From the NCBI GenBank assembly GCA_043827405.1, contig JBDRPD010000026.1, positions 1 to 22,128 on the forward strand: a DNA stretch of 22,128 bases. Reading direction: 5' to 3'. Below the pieces are notes generated by a model. It did not search any database and was not told the DNA's origin. It was given only the letters and a program-made list of their open reading frames with translations. The first letter of the stretch is position 1. The number at the start of each line of letters is the position of its first letter. Source of the stretch: Elusimicrobiota bacterium (GTDB lineage Bacteria > Elusimicrobiota > Elusimicrobia > UBA1565). This document shows, in pieces, positions 1 through 22,000 of the stretch. The translations under genes and the position numbers were made by a program.

Positions 1-2
1 TC

Positions 3-1295
<1,293 letters not shown>

Positions 1296-1313
1296 GCGCC
1301 CACGGAGCAGCCC

Positions 1314-1751
1314 ATGGCTAAAACCTTGACGTTGGAACTGGTCACGCCGGAAAAGGTGGCGCTGACCCAGGAAGCGGAGTTTGTTGTGCTGCCCGCGTTT
1401 GAGGGCGAGATGGGCGTGCTGCCGGGCCACGAGCCTTTTATGGTGCAGCTCACCCCCGGCGAAGTCCGCGTGGATGGCGCCGGCGAACGCAAGCTGTTGG
1501 CGGTTTCCGGCGGCTTCGCCCAGGTCCTCGACGACAAGATTTCCATCTTCGCGGAGACGGCGGAGATGGCCGGCGAGATTGACGCCGAGCGGGCGCGGCA
1601 GTCGCTGGAGCGGGCCAAGGCGGAGAGCAAGCGGCGGGATATCGATTCCATGACGTTGGCCCAGGCCGCCTCCGCAGTCAAGCGAGCCGAGGTGCGGCTG
1701 CGTATCGCGGAGCTTAGGAAGCTGCCCAAGCGCGCCCGGCCCGGCCGCTGA
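1314..1751 (+). CDS. atpC: F1Fo ATP synthase epsilon subunit
   Basis: LELVTPE, GEMGVLPGHEP and AVSGGFAQV motifs, followed by the C-terminal helical hairpin (IDAERARQSLERA); GGAG SD at 1304-1307; directly after atpD. Confidence 0.98.
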   Translation: MAKTLTLELVTPEKVALTQEAEFVVLPAFEGEMGVLPGHEPFMVQLTPGEVRVDGAGERKLLAVSGGFAQVLDDKISIFAETAEMAGEIDAERARQSLERAKAESKRRDIDSMTLAQAASAVKRAEVRLRIAELRKLPKRARPGR

Positions 1752-1759
1752 TATCCGGC

Positions 1760-2314
1760 ATGTCCATCGCCGCCTGGCTCCTGGTCGGCTTGCTGGGCGC
1801 CGCCGGCGCCCAGGAGACGTCCGTCCCATCGCAGTTCTGGCTCAAGTCCTACCCTATCCAGGAAGTCGGCGCCCATTGGCATATTGATCTTCAGGTGGAA
1901 GACTTCCATAAGTCCCGCCGGAAAATCCTGGGCTGGATGCGGAAGTATGAGGCGTCTTCGCGCCTGCCGCTGGAGGGTACGGGCTCGACCTCCGAATTTA
2001 AGTTCCAGCAGTTCTCTTTCGCTATTTCCCGCACCGCCGCGCAGAAAGTCTTTGCGCAGCTTAAGCGGCTGGGAGTTGTGCGCCGCGCCCAGCAGGCGGA
2101 AAGCGGACTGCCTGACTACTCGCAGGAGATTTCGCTCAAGTTGGGCCGGCTGCGCGCCGAGCAGCAGGCGGGCGGTGAGATCCTCCGGCGCCTGACGGCG
2201 GTCGGGGCGCTGACCGAAGAGCTGATCACCCATCTGGCGGAGGCGGAGGCCGCACAGCTGCGTGCGCGCGATACCGTACTTCTTAATATTGTGCTGGAAG
2301 AAAAGCGCCCGTGA
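1760..2314 (+). CDS. Exported hypothetical protein, DUF4349-like (alpha/beta domain plus coiled coil)
   Basis: N-terminal signal peptide (MSIAAWLLVGLLGAAGA-Q). The pattern IDLQVEDF...FAISRTAAQKVFAQLKRLGVV...DYSQEISLKLGRLRAEQ...LLNIVLEE resembles DUF4349 by eye. Starts 8 nt after atpC; its stop overlaps the next gene (GTGA). Confidence 0.7.
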   Translation: MSIAAWLLVGLLGAAGAQETSVPSQFWLKSYPIQEVGAHWHIDLQVEDFHKSRRKILGWMRKYEASSRLPLEGTGSTSEFKFQQFSFAISRTAAQKVFAQLKRLGVVRRAQQAESGLPDYSQEISLKLGRLRAEQQAGGEILRRLTAVGALTEELITHLAEAEAAQLRARDTVLLNIVLEEKRP

Positions 2315-3315
2315 GGCGCGCCCTGCCGGCGTTCTGTGTGCTGGTCCTGGCGGGATGTTTTTCGCTGGCGGAGAAGAAGAACCCGTATCTCATCGCGCCC
2401 CCGGAGAAGCCGACCACCATCAGGACCCTGCATCATACTTTCGCGCTGCAGATGCTTTCGGAACGCCGCGCCGCAAGCGTGTCGCTGCAGGCTTTTAACA
2501 CCGGGACCCTGCGGACGCGCGGCGAGGCCGTGTCCGCGCTGAAAAGCTACAACGCGAAAGTGAAGCTGGACGTCCCCGCTTTTCTTATTAAGCACAGCAA
2601 GCAGGGGTGGATATTGTTCGGCACCGGTCTAAGTCCGCAGCGGGAGCGGCGTCCGGGCGAGGCGTTGGTCCGGGTGGTCAAGTTTCTCGCCTCGTTCGAC
2701 TATACGTTTCGCTACGAGCAGAAGAAGGGCCGCGATATCGTCGCCCAGTTGAGGGAGGAGGGCATATCTCCGGCGGAGATTCGCTGGATTATTGTGCCCT
2801 ACTGGGATGCGGCGACCGTCGGCATGCTGGACTCCTTCCCCGGGGCCACGGTCGTGGTTAACCGGCGGGAATGGGAGTGGCAGCAGGAAGCGGCCGCGGC
2901 GAAGCCGGGCCCGCTCGCCCCGGCGGTCTTTGCGGGAAAAATCAAGCTGCAGTTTGTGGACATGCATAATCAGCCGGCGTTCGGCGCATTTGAGAATGGG
3001 GTGGACTTTTTCGGAGACGGCAGCCTGTATCTTGTCAGCCTGTCGGGACGTACTCCGGGCAGTATCGGCGCGTGGCTGAACCTGGATAATGGGCCGGTGC
3101 TGCTGACGGGGGGCGCGGCGTTCGTCGTCGACAACTACATGGATTTCGCGCTGCCGGTCAAGGACAAGATCTTCGACCTGGAATACTACTGGCACAGCCT
3201 GCACGTCATTCATGCGATGCGGCGCGGCGTGCCGCAGGTGGTTGTTTTTCCCGGCAATGACCTCGTCCCGCTGCGGCTGTCGGCGCGGTCGGATATATCG
3301 CGCGGCGGAAAATAA
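2311..3315 (+). CDS. Lipoprotein with metallo-beta-lactamase fold (AiiA/AHL-lactonase-like), metal ligands degenerate
   Basis: GTG start in a 4-nt overlap; lipobox LAG-C16; family context motifs AFLIKH, QLREEGISPAEIRWII, FPGATVVVNRREW, DFFGDGSL, GxTPG and VLLTG are present, but HxHxDH is replaced by YWDAAT. Confidence 0.85.
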   Translation: MRRALPAFCVLVLAGCFSLAEKKNPYLIAPPEKPTTIRTLHHTFALQMLSERRAASVSLQAFNTGTLRTRGEAVSALKSYNAKVKLDVPAFLIKHSKQGWILFGTGLSPQRERRPGEALVRVVKFLASFDYTFRYEQKKGRDIVAQLREEGISPAEIRWIIVPYWDAATVGMLDSFPGATVVVNRREWEWQQEAAAAKPGPLAPAVFAGKIKLQFVDMHNQPAFGAFENGVDFFGDGSLYLVSLSGRTPGSIGAWLNLDNGPVLLTGGAAFVVDNYMDFALPVKDKIFDLEYYWHSLHVIHAMRRGVPQVVVFPGNDLVPLRLSARSDISRGGK

Positions 3316-3353
3316 ATTTAACGCTTGACATTCGGCGATTGATTTCGCATAAT
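3309..3353 (+). promoter_or_regulatory. sigma70-type rRNA operon promoter with an UP-element-like AT tract
   Basis: TTGACA (3325-3330), 17-nt spacer, CATAAT (3348-3353); AAAATAAATTTAA at 3309-3321. Confidence 0.9.
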
Positions 3354-3443
3354 CTCAGCAGTTCCGCAGGAGTACGTTCCCACGGACGACGGTGCATCCT
3401 CACCGGAGACTTCTGGTAGGACGACAGAAGCCGAGAAGGATTT

Positions 3444-3455
3444 TGCTCTTTGATA
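3444..3455 (+). promoter_or_regulatory. rrn leader boxA antitermination site
   Basis: TGCTCTTTGATA versus consensus TGCTCTTTAACA, lying just upstream of the 16S processing stem. Confidence 0.85.
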
Positions 3456-3462
3456 ATTGGTT

Positions 3463-5246
<1,784 letters not shown>

Positions 5247-5283
5247 GGCCGTTTTTACCGCCCGCCTGACGGGCGGCCAACCT

Positions 5284-5356
<73 letters not shown>

Positions 5357-5380
5357 TGATTCTAACCTGTCTGAACGTAC

Positions 5381-5453
5381 GGGCCCATAGCTCAGCTGGG
5401 AGAGCGCCTGCTTTGCAAGCAGGAGGTCAGCGGTTCGATCCCGCTTGGGTCCA
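5381..5453 (+). tRNA. tRNA-Ala(UGC), CCA not encoded
   Basis: Acceptor GGGCCCA/TGGGTCC-A with the G3:U70 Ala identity pair; anticodon arm CCTGC-TTTGCAA-GCAGG; TTCGATC T loop. Confidence 0.98.
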
Positions 5454-5475
5454 AAACGGCAGCCAAACCGATTTT

Positions 5476-5487
5476 TGTTCATTGACA
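5476..5487 (+). promoter_or_regulatory. ITS boxA-like antitermination site
   Basis: TGTTCATTGACA just after tRNA-Ala, the usual position of the spacer boxA. Confidence 0.7.
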
Positions 5488-5560
5488 ATTAAAAGTACGC
5501 CATGCAGCTCCGGCGCGTAATTCCCCTCGAGGGTGGCCAACCGCGACAGGCATGGAAATA

Positions 5561-8679
<3,119 letters not shown>

Positions 8680-8690
<11 letters not shown>

Positions 8691-8709
8691 GATAAAAATT
8701 TAGTACAAT
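8680..8709 (+). promoter_or_regulatory. Possible internal sigma70 promoter between 23S and 5S
   Basis: TTGCAG (8680-8685), 18-nt AT-rich spacer, TACAAT (8704-8709). Caveat: the -35 hexamer is also part of the 23S processing stem. Confidence 0.4.
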
Positions 8710-8719
8710 TGACACAGTA

Positions 8720-8827
8720 GGTCTTAGGATAGTTCGGAGTTCGCCGCGCCCCGCGCGACGATGATGGACGGAAAGCCATACACCCAAACTCCTTCCTAAA
8801 CCAAAGCCTGGTTCCGATCGTGCAGGC
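8720..8827 (+). other. Structured RNA segment in the 23S-5S spacer, family unknown
   Basis: GGT-c-TTAGGA (8720-8729) pairs with TCCTAA-ACC (8794-8802); GGAGTT (8736-8741) pairs with AACTCC (8787-8792), enclosing two small hairpins; a GCCTG/CAGGC hairpin follows. Confidence 0.5.
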
Positions 8828-8864
8828 GTAAAGTATACGGTCGGGTGATTCGAGGGGCAGATTA

Positions 8865-8984
8865 GGCCGGTGACTTTACCGGCAGGGACACACCCGTTCC
8901 CATCCCGAACACGGCAGTTAAGCCTGTCAGGGCCAATGGTACTAGCACCCAATTCGGTGCTGGGAGAGTAGGTAGCTGCCGGCC
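8865..8984 (+). rRNA. rrf: 5S ribosomal RNA
   Basis: GGCCGG/CCGGCC terminal helix; CACCCGTTCCCATCCCGAACACGG, GTTAAG and GGGAGAGTAGG; 120 nt. Extended precursor stem TTCGAGGGGC (8849-8858) / GCCCCTCGAA (8991-9000). Confidence 0.98.
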
Positions 8985-8999
8985 TTATCGGCCCCTCGA

Positions 9000-9025
9000 A
9001 CACCTCTAAATAAAGGTGTCGTTTT
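9000..9025 (+). terminator. Weak candidate rho-independent terminator of the rRNA operon
   Basis: ACACCT-ctaaataa-AGGTGT (6 bp) followed by CGTTTT; short stem and short U tract. Confidence 0.4.
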
Positions 9026-9027
9026 AA

Positions 9028-9825
9028 ATGGATAATTGTATACGGGGACTAGTGCGGCCCCTGTGTCTGCTGTTTATATTTTCTATTAGTGCCCAGGCGC
9101 AGACCCTCGGCTCAACGGCCCGGCAGCTGAGCAAGGGGGCTTTTGAGACGACGGTAATGTATCAGGGGACCTCGAAGCAGCATCTAAACTTTGAGGTGAC
9201 CGACGGCGGAAGCTGCGCGCCCAACGCCACGATCCCGGTCGCCAACTTCAACTGCGGCAGCACGGCCGATGTCGCCGGCCGCGGCAACGGCCAGGCGATG
9301 ATCGCCAAGTTTAACTATCAGCCCGCCGAGCGCGGGCTGATTTTTTATGCCACGGCAGGGGTCGGCGACTATGCCGTCAAGGTCGGCACCGTCACCGTCT
9401 TCAACTCCTCGCTCGAGGACAAGGCGGGCTTTTTAACCTCTTTTGGCGCCAAGGCGGTGGTGGTGCCGGATACGATCGTTTCGCCCGCATTTGCGCTGGA
9501 TGCGAGCGTCGGGATGCAGCGCTACTACGGCGGCGGCGAGCGGCTGGATTTCATGCAGCTCCAGGTCGCGCTTGAGGCGAGTCACCGCTTTGACCTCAAG
9601 GATTTCGGCTTGGCGGTGGAGCCGTACGGCGGCGTGAAATGGCTGCGCAACCAGGCCTACCTGAAGAACATCGCGACGCAGTCGCGCGTCGGCGGCCGGA
9701 AGCAGATCACGACTCCATTCCTGGGAGTTAAAGTGCCGATTTTCGAGAAGGATAGTCTTTTCTTTGAGATGTCGATGGTGGATGGAGTTCAATACGCCAC
9801 GGGGCTGACGGTACGGTTTAAATAG
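9028..9825 (+). CDS. Predicted outer-membrane beta-barrel protein with chlamydial MOMP-like motifs; true start may be GTG 9052
   Basis: Signal peptide ending SAQA-Q; alternating amphipathic strands; C-terminal YATGLTVRF(K) beta-signal; LQVALEASHR...EPYGGVKW segment. Confidence 0.8.
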   Translation: MDNCIRGLVRPLCLLFIFSISAQAQTLGSTARQLSKGAFETTVMYQGTSKQHLNFEVTDGGSCAPNATIPVANFNCGSTADVAGRGNGQAMIAKFNYQPAERGLIFYATAGVGDYAVKVGTVTVFNSSLEDKAGFLTSFGAKAVVVPDTIVSPAFALDASVGMQRYYGGGERLDFMQLQVALEASHRFDLKDFGLAVEPYGGVKWLRNQAYLKNIATQSRVGGRKQITTPFLGVKVPIFEKDSLFFEMSMVDGVQYATGLTVRFK

Positions 9826-9829
9826 GCTT

Positions 9830-10372
9830 ATGAAACTTACAAAAGAACAAAAGACGGTAAAAGCGAAGGATTTGGCCGAGACGCTTAAGGGTGCGACGCA
9901 CCTTTATTTTACCCAGTATCAGGGCTTGAAGTTCCAGGAGCTCGCGGAGCTGCGGGGAAAGCTGCAGCATGTCGGCAGCTCGTACCGAGTAATCAAGAAT
10001 TCGGTACTCAAGCATGCCCTCAAGCAGGCCGGCATCAAGATCGGGGACGACAGCGTCCTGTCCGGTCCCAATGCCCTGCTGTTCGGCGCCGGCGATGACC
10101 CGGTCTCTCCCGCGAGGATCCTTGTCAAATTCGACAAGGAGCTGGAACCCCTAAGGCTGCGGGGCGGCGTCGTCGACGGGCAGTGGCTCAGCGAGGCGGA
10201 GCTTCGGCGGCTGTCTACGCTGGGGACCAAGCCCGAGGTTCTGACGCAGCTCGCCTGCGCCCTGTACGCATCGGTGGCCCAGTCGGCCGGCGTGTTGGCG
10301 GCGCCCATCAGGGATATGGTGCTGGTGTTGAAGGCTTTGGAAGAAAAGAAGAAGTCCGAGGCGGCGGCGTAA
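9830..10372 (+). CDS. rplJ: 50S ribosomal protein L10
   Basis: YQGL...ELRGKL...YRVIKNS...LSGPNAL...GGVVDG and the C-terminal L12-binding helix; lies upstream of rplL. Confidence 0.96.
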   Translation: MKLTKEQKTVKAKDLAETLKGATHLYFTQYQGLKFQELAELRGKLQHVGSSYRVIKNSVLKHALKQAGIKIGDDSVLSGPNALLFGAGDDPVSPARILVKFDKELEPLRLRGGVVDGQWLSEAELRRLSTLGTKPEVLTQLACALYASVAQSAGVLAAPIRDMVLVLKALEEKKKSEAAA

Positions 10373-10383
10373 TAATACCGCGC

Positions 10384-10482
10384 ACAGTCCCTGCGCCCGA
10401 ACGGGCGCAGGTGCCCGCCTCTCCGCGGTTAGGGGGAGCGGGTGCCTGAGGGGGATAAGCTCCGGCATCGGCCGGGGGCTGT
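10384..10482 (+). promoter_or_regulatory. GC-rich multi-hairpin element in the rplJ-rplL intergenic region
   Basis: Perfect inverted repeat CCTGCGCCCG/CGGGCGCAGG (10390-10411); further stems at 10408-10448 and 10462-10475; closing pair ACAGTC/GGCTGT. Confidence 0.55.
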
Positions 10483-10499
10483 CGAAAGGAGATAACAAA

Positions 10500-10889
10500 A
10501 TGACTGCTACGAAACTGAAGAAAGAAGAGATCGTCGAAGCGATTTCCGAGTTGACCGTTCTGGAGCTGTCGGAGCTGGTCAAGGCCGTCGAGGAGAAGTT
10601 TGGTGTTAAGGCCCAGGCCGCCGCAGTCGCCATGCCTTCCGCCGGAGCCGCTCCCGCCGCCGCCGCCGCCGAAGAGAAGACCGATTTTGAGGTCGTTCTC
10701 GCCGCCGCCGGCGACAAGAAGATCCAAGTTATTAAAGCCGTCCGCGAGATCACGGGCCTCGGACTTAAGGAAGCCAAGGATCTCGTCGAAGGCGCGCCCA
10801 AGCCGGTCAAGAGCGGCGTGCCGAAGGCCGAGGCTGAGGAGATGCAGAAGAAGCTCACGGCCGCCGGGGCGAGCGTCGAACTTAAGTAA
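10500..10889 (+). CDS. rplL: 50S ribosomal protein L7/L12
   Basis: [19 protein letters not shown], Ala-rich hinge, [42 protein letters not shown] at 10486-10491. Confidence 0.99.
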   Translation: MTATKLKKEEIVEAISELTVLELSELVKAVEEKFGVKAQAAAVAMPSAGAAPAAAAAEEKTDFEVVLAAAGDKKIQVIKAVREITGLGLKEAKDLVEGAPKPVKSGVPKAEAEEMQKKLTAAGASVELK

Positions 10890-10922
10890 CGCGGACAGAA
10901 CAGCCTGTTATTTGTGGGGCGG

Positions 10923-10952
10923 AGGAACGCCGAAGCGGCGTTGTTCCTTTGT
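10923..10952 (+). terminator. Attenuator-like hairpin between rplL and rpoB
   Basis: AACGCCG-aag-CGGCGTT followed by an interrupted U tract GTTCCTTTGT; same position as the E. coli rplL-rpoB attenuator. Confidence 0.5.
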
Positions 10953-11007
10953 CGTGTCGGAGATGGGCGCAGCCTCTGCGCGAGCGTAGCGGAGGATGAG
11001 GAAAAGC

Positions 11008-14793
<3,786 letters not shown>

Positions 14794-14810
14794 GCGGGGG
14801 ACATGAACGC

Positions 14811-18959
<4,149 letters not shown>

Positions 18960-18969
18960 GGAGCAGAGT

Positions 18970-19356
18970 ATGCCAACAATCAACCAGCTTATTCGCAAGG
19001 GGCGGACGCCTCTCATGAAGCGCACAAAGTCCCCGGCGCTCAAGTGCTGTCCGCAGCGGCGCGGCGTCTGCACCCGCGTATACACGGTAACTCCGAAGAA
19101 ACCGAACTCGGCACTGCGGAAGGTCGCCCGCATTAAGCTTACCTCGGGCATTGAAGTGACCGGCTATATCCCCGGCGTCGGACACAACCTGCAGGAGCAT
19201 TCGATCGTTATGGTGCGCGGCGGCCGCGTTAAGGACTTGCCGGGCGTGCGCTACCACCTGATCCGTGGTGTTTTGGATACGGCGGGTGTGGAGGGGCGCA
19301 TGCAGGCACGGTCGAAATACGGGACGAAGCGGCCCAAGAAGACGGCCGCGAAATAG
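18970..19356 (+). CDS. rpsL: 30S ribosomal protein S12
   Basis: [17 protein letters not shown] and [20 protein letters not shown] overlapping the rpoC stop. Confidence 0.99.
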   Translation: MPTINQLIRKGRTPLMKRTKSPALKCCPQRRGVCTRVYTVTPKKPNSALRKVARIKLTSGIEVTGYIPGVGHNLQEHSIVMVRGGRVKDLPGVRYHLIRGVLDTAGVEGRMQARSKYGTKRPKKTAAK

Positions 19357-19366
19357 GGAGATATTT

Positions 19367-19846
19367 ATGCCTAGAAAAGGACTTAGACCGCGCCAGCGCC
19401 GAGGTTTCCCGCCGGCGGATTACAAGCACAAATCCGTTCTGATTTCGCGCTTCATCAACAAGCTCAACTATGCGGGCAAGAAGTGCGCGGCGGAGAAAGC
19501 GCTTTACGGGGCGCTGGATGTGATCCAGGATAAATTAAAAACCGAGCCGCTCGATGTATTCAACACGGCGATCGAAAATGTGCGGCCGCTGCTGGAGGTT
19601 CGTCCCCGGCGCGTAGGCGGCGCGACGTACCAGGTGCCGCGCGAGGTGCGCCCGGTCCGGTCCTATACGGTCGCGATGCGTTGGATCATCGACGCCTCCC
19701 GCATGAAGAGCGGAAAATCGATGAAGCAGAAGCTCGCGGAAGAGCTTATTTCCGCGTACAAGAAGGAAGGAACGGCTTTTAAAAAGCGCGAAGACACGCA
19801 TAAGATGGCGGAATCGAACCGGGCATTCGCGCATTATCGGTGGTAA
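19367..19846 (+). CDS. rpsG: 30S ribosomal protein S7
   Basis: MPRKG start after a [34 protein letters not shown] terminus. Confidence 0.99.
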   Translation: MPRKGLRPRQRRGFPPADYKHKSVLISRFINKLNYAGKKCAAEKALYGALDVIQDKLKTEPLDVFNTAIENVRPLLEVRPRRVGGATYQVPREVRPVRSYTVAMRWIIDASRMKSGKSMKQKLAEELISAYKKEGTAFKKREDTHKMAESNRAFAHYRW

Positions 19847-19848
19847 GA

Positions 19849-21978
19849 ATGACAACTCAGTCTACGGATAAGAAGTCAAGCAAGAGCGGCCGCACCCCGA
19901 TGACGCTGGTGCGCAATATCGGGATCATCGCGCATATCGACGCCGGCAAAACGACGACGACGGAGCGCATCCTGTTTTACACCGGGCGCGTCCATCGGAT
20001 CGGCGAAGTGCACGAGGGCGACACGACTACCGACTGGATGGAGCAGGAACGTGAGCGCGGCATTACCATCACCTCCGCCGCGACCTACTGCACCTGGAAC
20101 GGCCATTCGATCAATATTATCGACACCCCGGGCCATGTCGACTTCACGGCCGAAGTCGAGCGGTCGCTGCGCGTCCTTGACGGCGCCGTATGTGTTTTCG
20201 ACGGCGTTATGGGAGTCGAGCCCCAGTCCGAAACGGTATGGCGCCAGGCCGATAAGTACAATGTTCCGCGAGTCGCCTACATCAACAAGATGGACCGCAC
20301 GGGCGCCGATTTCTACATGTCGGCCGGCTCTATTAGGGAGAAGCTCGGCGCAAACGGCGTTCCGATCCAGCTGCCGATCGGCGCCGAGGCCGAATTTGCC
20401 GGCGTCATCGACCTGATCAAGATGAAGGCGCTGGTATGGCGGAGCGAGGAGCTCGGCGCCAAGTGGGATGAGACGGATATCCCGGATGATATGAAGGAGC
20501 TGGCGGCCGAATACCGCGATAAGATGATCGAGGCCGTCTGTGAGTTCGACGACGAGATGATGGAGCAGTATCTCAACGGCAAGACCGATTTTCCGGTCGA
20601 GCAGATCAAGAAGGCGATCCGCAAGGGCGTGCTTCAGGTGAAGCTCTTCCCTATTTTAGCGGCGTCATCCTACAAGAATAAGGGCGTGCAGCCCATGCTG
20701 GATGCCGTCTGCGACTTTCTTCCTTGCCCCACCGATCTGCCTCCGGTAGAGGGCAGCGAGCCCGGCACGGGCGAAAAGCTGCAGCGCACGGCGGAGGACA
20801 GCGAGCCGTTCGCGGGCCTGATCTTTAAGATTCAGACCGACCCCTACGTCGGCAAGCTCGCCTTTCTGCGTGTCTACTCCGGCGTGCTGAAGGCCGGCGA
20901 CACGGTGCTCTTTTCCCGGACCGGCAAGACGGAGCGCTTCGGCCGGCTTATTCGCATGCACGCCGACAAGCGCGAGGAGATTAAGGAAGTACGGGCAGGC
21001 GACATCGCGGCGACGGTCGGCGTCAAGAACGCCCGCGTCGGCGCGACGATCTGCGATGAGGACCATCCGATCATTCTGGAAGAGATCAGCTTTCCGGAGC
21101 CGGTCATTTCGGTCGCAATTGAGCCGAAGTCCAAGGCGGACGAAGAGAAGATGGGCACGGCTCTCGGCCGGCTCGCCGAGGAAGATCAAACGTTCCAGAT
21201 CGTGACCGATGAGGAGACCAACCAGACCATTATTTCCGGCATGGGCGAGCTGCACCTCGATATTATCGTGGATCGGATGAGGCGCGAGTTCGGCGTCGGG
21301 GCGAACGTCGGCGAGCCGCAAGTGGCGTTCAAAGAGACCGTGCGCAAGATGGTCGAGCAGGAGTCGAAGTTCGTGCGGCAGACCGGCGGCCGCGGCCAGT
21401 ACGCCCATGTCCTGCTCCGTGTTGAACCGCAGGAAAAAGGCAAGGGCTTCGAGTTTGTCAACGAGGTCAAGCAGGGCCGCATCCCGCGGGAGTTCATCCC
21501 GGCGGTTGAAAAGGGCGTGCGCGAGGCGCTCGACGGCGGCGCCTTGGCCGGTTATCCCATCGTGGACATCAAGGCGACGCTCTATGACGGATCGTTTCAT
21601 GAGGTGGACTCCTCGGAGATCGCTTTCAAGATCTGCGGCTCAATGGCGCTGCGTGCGGCCTGCCAGAAGGGCAAGCCGGTGCTGCTGGAGCCGATTATGA
21701 GCATCGAAGTAACGACCCCGGAGCAGTATATGGGCGATGTGATCGGCGACCTCAATAGCCGCCGCGCGAAGATCGCCGAGATGGGCGATCGCAGCAACGT
21801 GAAGTTCGTTAGGGGCACGGTTCCGCTGTCGACGATGTTCGGCTACGCGACGGCGGTCCGGTCGATCTCGCAGGGGCGCGCGGCGTTCGCGATGGAGCCG
21901 AGCCATTACGAGCAGGTCCCGTCGAACGTGCAGACCGCGATTGTTGAGAAGCGCGGTCAGAAGCAAGTGGAGAGCTAG
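19849..21978 (+). CDS. fusA: Elongation factor G
   Basis: [44 protein letters not shown] and LLEPIM; ATG 2 nt after the rpsG stop. Confidence 0.99.
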   Translation: MTTQSTDKKSSKSGRTPMTLVRNIGIIAHIDAGKTTTTERILFYTGRVHRIGEVHEGDTTTDWMEQERERGITITSAATYCTWNGHSINIIDTPGHVDFTAEVERSLRVLDGAVCVFDGVMGVEPQSETVWRQADKYNVPRVAYINKMDRTGADFYMSAGSIREKLGANGVPIQLPIGAEAEFAGVIDLIKMKALVWRSEELGAKWDETDIPDDMKELAAEYRDKMIEAVCEFDDEMMEQYLNGKTDFPVEQIKKAIRKGVLQVKLFPILAASSYKNKGVQPMLDAVCDFLPCPTDLPPVEGSEPGTGEKLQRTAEDSEPFAGLIFKIQTDPYVGKLAFLRVYSGVLKAGDTVLFSRTGKTERFGRLIRMHADKREEIKEVRAGDIAATVGVKNARVGATICDEDHPIILEEISFPEPVISVAIEPKSKADEEKMGTALGRLAEEDQTFQIVTDEETNQTIISGMGELHLDIIVDRMRREFGVGANVGEPQVAFKETVRKMVEQESKFVRQTGGRGQYAHVLLRVEPQEKGKGFEFVNEVKQGRIPREFIPAVEKGVREALDGGALAGYPIVDIKATLYDGSFHEVDSSEIAFKICGSMALRAACQKGKPVLLEPIMSIEVTTPEQYMGDVIGDLNSRRAKIAEMGDRSNVKFVRGTVPLSTMFGYATAVRSISQGRAAFAMEPSHYEQVPSNVQTAIVEKRGQKQVES

Positions 21979-22000
21979 GATAAAGGGATAGGAGACAGCT

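Noticed and set aside
2311..3315. Calling the MBL-fold gene a beta-lactamase, a quorum-quenching enzyme or a pseudogene
   Set aside because: The canonical metal ligands are absent, so activity is unsupported; the frame, lipobox and fold motifs are intact, so decay is unsupported too.
8711..8730. ACAGTAGG resembles part of an L10 leader
   Set aside because: There is no complementary CCTAC-CGAGG half, and it is more than 1 kb from rplJ.
8765..8780. GGACGGAAAGCC resembles the core of the c-di-GMP-I riboswitch
   Set aside because: The upstream GGCAAAC/GNRA-capped helix and the downstream tetraloop-receptor stem are not identifiable; only a short motif matches.
10996..11007. ORF-track starts for rpoB (10996), rpsL (18937), rpsG (19265) and fusA (19840)
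   Set aside because: SD spacing and conserved N termini favour 11008, 18970, 19367 and 19849.
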